DNA from: Mobula hypostoma | Lineage: Eukaryota | Reading direction: 5' to 3' | DNA: 64,000 nt | NCBI RefSeq assembly: GCF_963921235.1 | Contig: NC_086097.1 | Span: 239,012,001-239,076,000 of the forward strand | Shown: positions 53,431-64,000 of the stretch, piece after piece | Numbering within the stretch: position 1 is the first letter of the stretch | Layout of the letters: every line of letters starts with the position of its first letter | The notes under the pieces: model-generated | Database searches by the model: none | What the model was told of the DNA's origin: nothing | What the model saw: the letters and a program-made list of their open reading frames with translations, nothing else | Translations under genes and position numbers: made by a program

Positions 53431-54224
53431 TTGCTTCATAGAAAGTATAGGGTGGGTTGGAGGATGGGCAAGAGGTGGGAGGGAGGCTGAAGAAGGAGAG
53501 TATGATGGAGGATGAAGGGGGGATGGTGATATTGGAGTGGTTATGAAAGAGAGGATTGTGAAAGGGAGCTGATTATCAAATACAGCTCTGCGTAGAACAC
53601 TATCATCCCCTCTATATTAATCGCTAAGCTTTTAAACCTAGACCTCCGCTACCTCATTTGCAACTAGATCTTCGATTTCTTCATTGGGAGAGCAGAGATA
53701 AAGACATCTCCTCCTCGTTGACAATCAATGCATATGCACATCAAGAATGTGTGGTTAGCTCACTGCTCTACTCTGTCCGCACTTCTGACTGTGTTGCTAA
53801 CCACCATTGAAACACCATCTGTAAATTATCTATACTGTATCTATAAATTAGCCGATGACACTACTATTGTTGGTAGAAGCTCAACTGGAAACAAGGGGTT
53901 TACAAACTGTCATAGCCATACATGATAATATTTTCAGATGAAACGCAAGGAACATGTATTCCTGGAGCCTGTAGCCAATATGGCATAAGACTGGGCTCTT
54001 AAATGTTTTAATTCACTCAGAATTTTTGACTGAATTAAAATTGTTTCATGATATGTTAGCATGTAACAATGTGCTCAGATTTTTGACTTTCTTGTTCTAC
54101 TGGAACTTCAGTATTAAGATTTTAATTTCTTTATGTTGTAATTGATTAGGCATTATTTATATGGTAGAAAATACTGAGTAAAATAGGTTCATTTTTTTAA
54201 GTAGAATAACTCAATCTAGATAAG

Positions 54225-54958
54225 CTTGCCCATTACTTCCCCTTTGGTCCCCTCCTCCTTCCCTTTCTCCTGTGGTCCACTCTCCTCTCCTATCAGATTC
54301 CGTTTTCTCCAGCCCTTGACCTTTTCTACTCACCTAGTTTCACCTATCGCCTCTTAGCTAGTCTTCTTATCTTCCCCCACCTTTTTATTCCGGCATCTTT
54401 CCCTTTACTTCTCAGTCCTGATGAAGAGTATTGGCCCAAAATGTTGGCTGTTTATTCCTTTCCATTGATCTGCTGAGCTCCCCCAGCATTTTGTGTGTGT
54501 TGGCTTGGACTTCCAACATCTGCAGATTTTCTCATGCCCATTTTTTAAGATTTTTTTTTCAGTTCATGGATTGCTAATGTTGACTAAATTACTGAGTAAC
54601 TCAACTATTTAACTTTTTATATCTGAATCAACGTGCAAACATAAAAACAGTATTACACAGTTTCCTTCTTCCTGGGCCTCCTGTCCCATGATCCTCTCAT
54701 ATCCCTTTTGCCAATCACCTGTCCAGTTCTTGGCTCCATCCCTCGCCCTCCTGTCTTCTCCTATCATTTTGGATCTCCTCCCCCTCCCACTTTCAAATCT
54801 CTTACTAGCTCTTCTTTCAGTTAGTTCTGACGAAGGGTCTCGGCCCAAAACGTCAACTGTACCTCTTCCTAGAGATGCTGCCTGGCCTGCTGCGTTCACC
54901 AGCAACTTTGATGTGTGTTGCTTGAATTTCCAGCATCTGTAGAATTCCTTGTGTTTAC
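54225..54958 (+). mobile_element. Two tandem Penelope-like 3' ends (54225-54535 and 54660-54958)
   Basis: Each has a pyrimidine-rich UTR, a hammerhead motif (54413-54450 and 54823-54858) and the shared tail. Confidence 0.75.
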
Positions 54959-56064
54959 ATAGTTTCTATTATTTGCAAATTAAAGAAATACTTCATTGTA
55001 CTGTTTAGGATGTAGTTGTTGCAGTAGGCTTCAAAATGTAAATCTCTTTTATATTTTATGGCTTCAAAACAAATGTTGCTTCACAATTATTTGTATGAGG
55101 TATATAGATCGGAAGCATTATCAGCACACTGTGGAATTAAGAACAGAAAATACAAGAAACATTCAGCAAATCAGGCAGCATTTCTGAAAAGAGAAATAGC
55201 GTTAGCATTTCAGGTGACCTCCTGTCTTAATGAGATCTGAAGGAGAGTACGTGCCCAAAACATCGACTGTTTGTTCATTGCCATGGATACTTTCTGACCT
55301 GCTTCCTGAGATCTTTTCTGTCCATCTGAGGAAAATGGTGGAGATGAGGTTCATTCTATTGGAAGTTACCTCCAACAATGCAAGGCTCCTCCGTTACTAC
55401 ACTGAAGGTTCTCTGGACACATAACCTTTAATCTCAGAGGTGAGAGGACTGCCAGTGGGTCTGTAGCTGAGAAGAAACACATTGCAGTTGTACATTCGGG
55501 AATACCCAGGATGAACAAATGGATTCATGGAAGCTATTCATGATGGGGGCTATTCAATTAGAATTTCAAGGAATATTTAAGATATAGATTGTCACGTGCT
55601 GAGGGGACGTAGAGTAGCAGTTATCCTGGAATAAAATAATATAACTATTATTGGCAAGCATCATAAGAGTGATAAAAATGGTATCTTCCAAATTTGGTTT
55701 CAATGTTTAAGAGAAGTTTGGATAGGTACGTGGATGGATGGATGGAAGGGCTATGGTCACTGGCAGGTTGTTAGGAGTAGGCAGCTTAAATGGGTTGACA
55801 TGAACTGGATGATCGAAGGGGTCTATTTCTGTGCTATACTTTTCTTTGAATCAATGACACTGACTTATCCTGCCGTCAATTCATACAGTAGAATTGAGAG
55901 ATACCATCGTATTCTGGAAAGTAACACTTTGAGGCATTCTAATCCTTGGCATTCTACAAAGCAAGTTTTTTGTCTGTTAGGAAATTGTTCAAAATTGTAA
56001 CAGATTATAAATTAGCAGCAATTAAATTAGTGATCAATTGGCAACAAAAGCAATTAAATTGTTA

Positions 56065-56165
56065 AGTAACACACACAAAATGCTGGAGGAAATCAGCAGG
56101 TCAGGCAGTACCTATGGAAATGAATAAACAGTCAAAGTTTAGGGCTGAGACCCTTCATCAGGAAT
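56065..56165 (-). mobile_element. Penelope-like tail with a decayed hammerhead motif
   Basis: Minus strand: ttcctgatgaagggtctcagccctaaactttgactg. Confidence 0.7.
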
Positions 56166-56709
56166 TGCCAAGTTCTGATCAGAAATCAATCAGCTTTGAT
56201 GATTTTCTCTTTCTCCAGTTAGAATGGTTCTGCTTGGGAATGGAGAGAATTAAAATTTAATTTAAGCTATGGAATGTAAAGACCTGAAGTACAGCATCTT
56301 AATTTTTAATTGTTATTTTACAATGACAGATCAGTGTTGCAAGTACACAATAAAGTTAATAAAGTTATTCCGGAGCTTTATTAGAATAGTAAATTTCTTC
56401 TTAGTGCCGGAGCTGACAACCTAAATGACTGCTAAAAGCATTTTCTATATCCTTAGTGTGCTGGTTGCAAAAAGATCAATTTAAATGTAAATCAAATGGT
56501 GCATGAATTTTCCAATTGCATTGCTGGTATAACTCTATTGTAAAATTGTCCAGCAATAGAAAATAGCATCACTTCAGTTCTCCAAAATGATGAGGCTGAC
56601 TAAAATGAACATTTTGAGGTGTGTGAGTGAGAACTGAAGGGGGAGAGTAAGTGAGCATCGGGCATTCAGGTGCTCCTTTCATTTTGTCGCAAGGGATCAA
56701 AGAATATCC

Positions 56710-56980
56710 ACACGTAGCATAGTGGTTAACACAACACTTCACAGAACCATCTGTAAGATTGGGGTTCAGTTCCCACTGCTGTCTATAAGGAGTTTGTACA
56801 TTCTCCCTGTCACTGCAAGATTATCCTCTGGCTGTTCTGGTTTTGTCCCACACACCAAAGACATAAGATTTAGGGTTATTGGGTTGTGGGCCTTCTAGTT
56901 TGGCACTGGAAATGTGTCGATGCTTGTAAGCTGCTCAGCACAACCATTGCTGATTTGATTTGATACAAACAATGCATTCA
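56710..56980 (+). mobile_element. HE1/V-SINE-like SINE
   Basis: gtagcatagtggttaacac...ggggttcagttcccactgctgtctataaggagtttgtacattctccc. Confidence 0.6.
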
Positions 56981-58569
56981 AGTTCAAGTTTATTGTCATT
57001 CAACCATGCACATGTATACCACCAAAAAATAAAACAATGTTCGTCTGGTCAAGGTGAACAACACATGTAATATTACCATAAATAAGTTACAAATAATAAA
57101 ATATATTCCAGGACATTTCGATCTACATGTGACAAATAAAGCTAATCTTCTTCTTTCTTCTTCTTCTCATGAAAGTTAGCTTCACAGCATTAATGACAGA
57201 TAGCTGAGATCTGCTCCTAAAAGCTTTTAGACCTTTTCTGTAAAAAAAAGTCTATCTGAGGAAATATGCACATTTGAAGTCACCAAAGTGGCAAAGAAAC
57301 TGTACAAATGTAGACATCTGTTCAGTCTTATTAAGAATGGGGTACAGAACATCAAGAAGCATGAAAGAAACATGACGTGAACTAGAATCTATTCCTCTGG
57401 CTTCAATTTCTGTGATGGACGATTTGTTTACCTGCATCATTGGTATATCTTTTTAGTTAATAGAAATTGTACCTGTGTTTTGGAAATCCTTTGTGTTTTA
57501 GAAATGGTTTATAATTTGGAAATGTTTAAGATAGAAAACCTTTCTGAGTTTTAAATGTGTTTTAAGAATATTGTTTGGATTTAAACATGTATCACTGAAA
57601 AGAAATTAACTGTGTTCAGACTACTTTGTCAGCTGGAAGTGCTTTCTTGGTAGGAAGAGGAGACCCATCACTCCAATAGTGGGTATTGACAGCTAAACTC
57701 ACTGTGGAGGATAAACAGGGAAGTGAACTAGTCTTTGAAGATTGAGTAGCTACAGTATAATCCCCCTTTAGTAACAGTACTAGTGGCTATTTATATCCAA
57801 TAAGGCTTAATATCTTCATTTGAGTTTAGAACTTCACGGTCAGCAAACCTAATACCATCACACAACAACACAACAACAGCAAAGAAGCCACTTTACTCCC
57901 TCCCACCCACACACACAGACTGTCCTCCAACATACATCTATCTGAAAGACGTATGCTGAGAGCACTGAGACTGTGGGTCTGGCAATACTGGGGATGTTAG
58001 AAGAGGAAACTTCCATTAGATTAACAAGATGGTGGTCTTGGACAATTGAAATCAGAATACCATAGTCACTTTTAGACATTCACATGTCAACCATTGCCAA
58101 GTGTTTCTGCTTGAATAATTCCCTCTTTATTCATCTGCTGTTGGTTTTTGCTCTCTAAGATGAATCCATATGAACTATTGCTCTCTATATTTTGAGCTAG
58201 TTTCTGTCCACTAAAGCACTTAATTGCAAGCCTTCTGCTTCATATATGGAAAATCATAGGCCACAGACACAATTCCACAATATGTGCTCCGGACATATGA
58301 AAAGACTACATTAGTGTTAAATTTCTCATTTAGTGCCTCAATTGTGAGCCTGCACCTAATTAAGTCTTCATTGAACGTAGGTTTTTATAAAATGAGTATC
58401 AACTTATAAAAATTACAAACATCTATTTAACTTTCCCTTTAACTCCGGTCCTCAATTCCTGGCAACATCCTTATAAAGTTTCTCCTCATGTTCTGCTTAA
58501 TATACAATATATTAAATAAGTGTGTTGCTTGGATTTCCAACATCTGCAGATTTTCTCTTGTTTCTGCTA

Positions 58570-59345
58570 AAGCATTTCACTATTCACCTTTAACCTGACC
58601 TCTAATTCTAGTCCCACCCAACCTCAGCAGAAAGACCATCCTTGCATTCGCTCTATAAATACCTTTCATCATTTTATGTACTGCTATCAAATCTTCTTTC
58701 AGTCTCCTACCCTCTAGAGAATGAAGTCCCAACCCTTTTAAGCTTTCTTTAGAACTCAAATCCTCAAGTTGCAGCAACATCCTTTTAAATTTTCTCCACA
58801 CTCTTTCAATCTTATTGACATCTTTACTGTAAGCAGGTGACTAAAATTGCACACAATACTCCAAGTTAAGCCAATGCCTTATACAACTTCAATATAACAT
58901 TCCAACTCCTGTACTCAATACTTTGATTTATAAAGGACAATGAGCCAAAACCTCTTATAGTGACTCTGTTTACCTGTGATGCCACTTTCAAGGAATTATG
59001 GATAGGTATTCCCAGATCCCAGTGTTCTACCATGCTCTTCAGTACCCGACCACTCTCTGTGAAGTCCTACTCAGGTTTGACCTACCAAAGTGCAACACAC
59101 TTGTCTCCATTAAATTCCATCTGCCATTTTCAGACCATTTTCCCAAGTAGTTCAAATCCTTCTGCAAGCCTTGATAGTCTTCTTTACTCTACACTACACC
59201 CCCAGTTTTGGTGTCATCTGCAAATTTGCGGATCAATTTTACCTCATCAACATTGATACAGATGATAAATAACAACTATCCCTGCATTGATCCCTGTGGT
59301 ACATCACTTGTCACAGGCCTCTAGTCAGAGAGGCAGTAACCATCT
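58570..59345 (-). mobile_element. CR1-like RT fragment
   Basis: ORF 58580-58801 (GLHSLEGRRLKEDLIAVHKMMKG). Confidence 0.75.
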
Positions 59346-59361
59346 CCTGTGACGATGTGCT

Positions 59362-59850
59362 ATCACTGGAGTGGGTCCAGAGGAGGTTCATGAAAATGAA
59401 AGGGTTAATATATTAGGAGTGTTTGATGGCTCTGGGCTTGTACTCACTGGAGTTGAGAGAAGTTCTCATTGAAACTTATCAAAAATTCAAAGCCCAAGAT
59501 AGAGTGGATGAGGAGAGGACAATTCTTGTAATGGAGCAGTCAAGCGCCAGAGGGCATAGTCTCAGAATAGGGGACATCCATTAAGAACAGAGTTGAATTG
59601 GAATTTCTTTAACCAATGGTGGTGAATCTGTAGAATTCATTGCCACAGACGGCTATGGAGGCCAAGTCACTAGGTATATTTAAAACAGAGGTTGTTAGGT
59701 TCTCGATTAGTAAGGGCATGAAAAGGTTACGGGGAGAGGTCAGGAGAATGGGATTGAGAGGGGTAATAAATCAGCCATGATGGAATGGCAGAGCAAACAC
59801 AATAGACTTAATTACCTAATTCTGCTGTGATGTCTTATAGTCTTTTGGCT
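59362..59850 (+). mobile_element. CR1-like 3' fragment
   Basis: Homologous to 32355-33155. Confidence 0.7.
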
Positions 59851-61394
59851 TTATAATGTCTCTGTCTTATAACATCCTTATGTATATTCTCAATCCAGAT
59901 ATACCCAGGGTTTCTCAACTGTGCTTGAAATTTCAAACTCTCCTTTCTATTGCTTTCAGGCCCTTGGTAGGGATGTAGAGTATCATATTAACAGATTGGA
60001 ACAGTCTGAAATATGAGACCAGTATCAAAGCCATATACTAGCCCGGTTGATCAGTTTAGAAATGAGGAAAGAATTGTGAACCCAAAATACAAAAAAAAAC
60101 ATTGATAATGTTGACTTTATTTCTCTCCACAGACACTTCCTAATATGTTGATTTAATCAAGATTTTGTCAAAGAGTCATGGAACAAGTCCTTCGAATAAC
60201 TATTATTCTGTCTAGTTCCATCAATCTGCACCTGGACAATAACCCTACATCTCCCTCCCATCCACGGAACTATCCAAATGTCTCTTACATGCTGAAAATG
60301 AACCTGCAGTAATCACTTCCACTAGCATCTTGTTCCACACTCTCACCAGGAAGGGTCTCAGCCCGAAGTGTCGACAGTTTACTCTTTTCCATAGATGCTG
60401 TCTGAGTTCCTCCTGCAATTTGTGTGTTTTGCTTTGATTTCCAGCATCTGCAGATTTTCTCTTGTTTATCTATATAAGCTATATGTTTATATTTATTGCT
60501 TCGTTTAAATTATTGCATTCTTGATCTTATTGTGTTTCTTTTGTGCTGCATGAGATCCACAGTAACAATCATTTTGTTCTACTTTACACTCGTATACTGG
60601 AAATGACATCTAACAATCTTAAATCTTGGATCGTTAGTCTTCAATCTTCAATCTATGACTGTCTAATGCTGGAAATGGCCAGCTGGGGATGCAAAGCACT
60701 TGTGTATTGTGACACTTCTTTCGAGCTGCTGTAACAATGAGGGCAGAAGAATGAAAGGAGTGACCTCTTTGCCAAGTCAAATTCCCAGTCAGTTTGGTAT
60801 GAGTTGAGAGGCAGAATTAATACTGTGCCCAGGGATGTGAATAAATGTCTGCCAGGCTGCATTATACTACATAAAATCTGTCTTGTTTTATTGCTGATAT
60901 TCTTTCTTCAACAAACTGTGACTCACACTGGAATATAATTCTGGCATTTCTCTTCCATCTAGTTCCAAGTGACCATTCTTCATGCATGAGCCAAAACAAT
61001 GAGGAAGTTATGCCTGCCACAATAAGCCTGTCCTGTAGCTTGGTAAAATATAACCAAAACAAAACAAAAAACTCCTGAGAAACTATCCATCCCCATACTG
61101 CAACTAGGATACTTTGGAGTGTGGTTATTAATGTCAGAGCTCACCGAACAATCAGATAATCAGAAAAACCCATTTACTTGTGATTCCAACACAAGTGATG
61201 CTACCTGACAGATGCCTGGGCACATGATGTGTCCTTTTTAATGTGCATTACAGACTTGTATTATTCTTTTTTTGCTTCCATCTTTCTGTGATGTAACCAG
61301 CTGTGAGCTTGAAAGGGAACAGATATATTCATTCTGATTACATCATGCACATTCAATGTGCAGAGCCTAAAAGCACTGTGCAAATATACTGTAT

Positions 61395-62120
61395 GAATAT
61401 GTCCATAGCCTCCTCTACTGCCACAATGTCACTCTCAAGTTAAAGGAACAGTACCTCATATTCCATCTAGGTAGCCTCCAACCTAAAGACATGAATATTG
61501 ATTTCTCTAACTTCCCGTAATTTCTCCTCCCTCCCCATTCTAATGTTTTCCATTCCCCATTCTGGCTTCCTTCTTACCCCTTCTCTTCTCCTCACTTGCC
61601 TCTCAGCTCTCTGATTCACCTCCTCCTCCCCTTTCTCCCCAGGGTCCACTTTCCTCTCAGCTTCTCACTTCATACCCCACTACCCCACCCACCAACCTTC
61701 CCTCTCACCTGACTTCACCTTCTAGCTTGTACTACTTCCCCATCCCCAACCTTCTTATCGTGGCTTCAATCACTTTCCTTTCCAATCCTGATGAAGTGTC
61801 TCAGCCTGAAACGTCGACTCCTTATGCCTTTCCATAGATGCTGTTTGACCTGCTGAGTCCAACATCTTATGTGTGTTACTCTGAATTTCCAAGGCCAGTC
61901 GGTGGTGTAGTGGCATCCGCACCGGACTTTGAGATGAATGGTTCTGGGTTCGAATCTGGCCAGCTCCTTGCATGCTTTCCATCCGTGCTGGGTTCCATCC
62001 ATTAAAAAAAAACAGACAAATGCAAAAGAAATAGCAAGGTTGGCATCCAATGCACAGCCAGCCGTTGAGAGGAGCGACAAACAACAACTCTGGATTTCCA
62101 GCATTTGCAGAATCACTTGT
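61395..62120 (+). mobile_element. Penelope-like 3' fragment interrupted by a SINE
   Basis: KLKEQYLIFHLGSLQPKDMNIDFSNFP* (GIY-YIG C-terminus), UTR, hammerhead motif at 61788-61820 and tail. Confidence 0.8.
61893..62086 (+). mobile_element. tRNA-derived SINE with TSD
   Basis: A box tggtgtagtgg, B box ggttcgaatct, (caa)n tail; TSD actctgaatttcca (61878-61891) / actctggatttcca (62087-62100). Confidence 0.8.
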
Positions 62121-62421
62121 ATTTATGACATTTTAAAGTATGCTGTTGCTTTGTTATTGTTTTTCCTCTTACTGTTATTTTTCTTCGTGCTGTTCTGCTG
62201 AACATTGTAGGTATGCTGCGTTGATGCTAGAATGTGTAGAAACACTTGTGAGCTGCCCCCAGCACATACTTAAGGTGTTGCAGGTTGTTAATGCAAACAA
62301 CACATTTAACTATATGTTTTGATGTGCCTGTGATAAAATAAATAAATCTGAATTTGAATCTGAGTATTGTCTCTCAAGACCATTGATTCCTTTTACAAGT
62401 TTATTTTTTTGTCTTGTTTTT

Positions 62422-63035
62422 TAGATTATGAAGACACTTTTATTGTCATTTAGTAATGCATGCATTAAGAAATGATACTATATTTGGTCCGGTGTGATAT
62501 CACAAAACACAGGACAGACCAAGACTGAAAAAAACTGACAAAACCACATAATTATAACATATAGTTACAACAGTGCAACAATACCACAACTTGATGAAGA
62601 AGTCCATGAGCACAGTAAAAAGTTAAAAGTCTCTCAAATGTCCCACATCTCACACGGACGGGAGAAGGAAGAAAAACTCTCCCTGCCATGCCCGACCACA
62701 ATCCGTCTCTGAGTCATCCGAAAACTTCGAGCCTCCGAATCAGTTCTTTGACACCAGGTACTGAGCGCCATCTCTGTCCGAACGATTCAACCTCAATCTT
62801 GGTCACCAACAGTAGGCAGGGCCGGGGATTTTGAGGCCTTCCCTCGGGAAGATTCCTGACCACGCAGTAACAACAGCTGCGTATGAGCGTTTCAGAAATT
62901 TCTCCAGATGTTCCTCTGTGCTTTCATGTCCGTCTCCATCAAATCAGAATTGCCCATGGCCCCTATTTAACGGATACGATATCAGTTTTCACCGGAGGGC
63001 TGCGCACGCGCGGCGCGCTGCTCTCTCTCCTCCCA
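62422..63035 (-). mobile_element. Young CpG-rich putative non-autonomous retroelement
   Basis: Minus strand starts GC/CpG-rich (gagcagcgcgccgcgcgtgcgcagccc) and ends in a LINE-like tail (aaatgacaataaaag...cataatctaa). Confidence 0.5.
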
Positions 63036-63784
63036 ACTTTTATATCTTTAGCCACATATTCTAATGCATTTTTTTTCCAGCATCAAGGAGTATGTGTACA
63101 AAACTGCACTGATAGAAGCTTCCAAATTGCAAAATACGTTTCAAATTTATCGAGTACAAGTAAAGCACCAAATTTCCCCAGGACTTTTCCCAATAGTCAT
63201 ATTTCTGGGGTAAATTTTCAGGATATCTATAATATCTGGGGCATTACTTTCCATTGGAATTTGTTGGTACTTGACTGAATCTTCAATGTATAACCCAAAC
63301 ATGAGGAAAATTAGCTTGCAGAGAATTGTCAAGAAATGAGAAGGATAAGGTGAAACTGGTGTCACAGCAGGGGGGGAAGCTGGCTTCCCTTAATTGCCCA
63401 GGGATGCAAACATTTGGATTGGATTTAAGGAAAGTCACTGTCTGAGCACTTATTGTCTTCATTGTAATTAGAAAATAAATTAAAACCCAATGGGCCGCAG
63501 GTGTGCATATTCGGCAATCTGGAACAAAAAAAAGCTATCTAGTGGAGGAATACAACAGGCTGGGCAGTATTTAAGGGCAGAAAGGAATTATCAACATAGG
63601 TTAAGACCCTACATCAGGACTGAGAATGGAGAAGTAAGACCACCAGAAGCCAGTGGAGAGTGGGGGAAGAGGTGAGATAGGGACCGGGTAGACAGAGGAG
63701 GGGGTAAAAGACCATTAATAATATTTATCAGCTTTTCAATATGTTTCTATGCCATCTTTTCTTCACAATGCTATCTTTCTTACC

Positions 63785-64000
63785 ACTAAGTTCAACTGTA
63801 CATAGAGCATTACAGTGAAGTGCAAGCCCTCTGACCCAGGATGTGTGCTGAGCTTTCAATCTGTTCCAAGATCAATCTACCCTTTCCTCCTATATAGCTC
63901 TCTATTTTACTATCATCTGTGTGCTTATCTAAGACTTTGTTAAATTCCCTGAGTATACCTTCCTCTACATTCATCCATCACAGGGCGCTCCATGAACCCA
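63785..64000 (-). mobile_element. CR1-like 3' end (runs off the window)
   Basis: Similar to the reverse complement of 15130-15312. Confidence 0.6.

Noticed and set aside
54225..54958. Two same-strand hammerhead motifs about 410 nt apart, resembling a retrozyme or dimeric ribozyme unit
   Set aside because: The two copies have different UTR and tail sequences (different subfamilies), are separated by unrelated AT-rich DNA, and both carry G12A. Independent insertions are more likely.
59880..60004. Possible decayed copy of the csmd3 exon next to the 60005 duplication
   Set aside because: Only a short match (ccaggg.ttct) is present, with no CUB-like translation in any frame I checked.
62883..63278. 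131-aa ORF with a CpG-rich start, as a possible gene or CpG-island promoter
   Set aside because: It spans a repeat/unique-DNA junction and has no recognisable domain; the CpG patch is short and belongs to the putative repeat.

Overview
This is eukaryotic, vertebrate genomic DNA, and no prokaryotic-style system is present. The repeat content (CR1-like LINEs, Penelope-like elements, Rex1/Babar- and RTE-like LINE fragments, tRNA-derived and HE1/V-SINE-like SINEs) suggests a cartilaginous fish, probably a ray; this is an inference. The window lies almost entirely in two large introns of a minus-strand CSMD3 gene. The only host exon I can support is a 223-nt exon (41009->40787) encoding the N-terminal part of the first CUB domain. 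Nearly all other ORFs in the track are decayed retroelement fragments or chance ORFs. The most interesting observations are: (1) about 15 Penelope-like 3' ends carrying a minimal, dimer-type hammerhead ribozyme motif (consensus CAGTC-CTGAYGA-A-GGG-N6-CCC-GAAA-CGTC-GACTG), with one core-intact copy at 32904-32937 and the rest broken, often by CpG transitions; (2) fold-back (inverted) Penelope tails, one flanked by an exact 14-bp duplication; (3) a probable non-canonical GC 5' splice site on the CSMD3 exon; (4) two local duplications of composite intronic sequence next to the exon (39488-39848 = 42000-42361 and 41100-41515 = 60005-60348) that look like templated insertions. Repeat boundaries are approximate and were read by eye.
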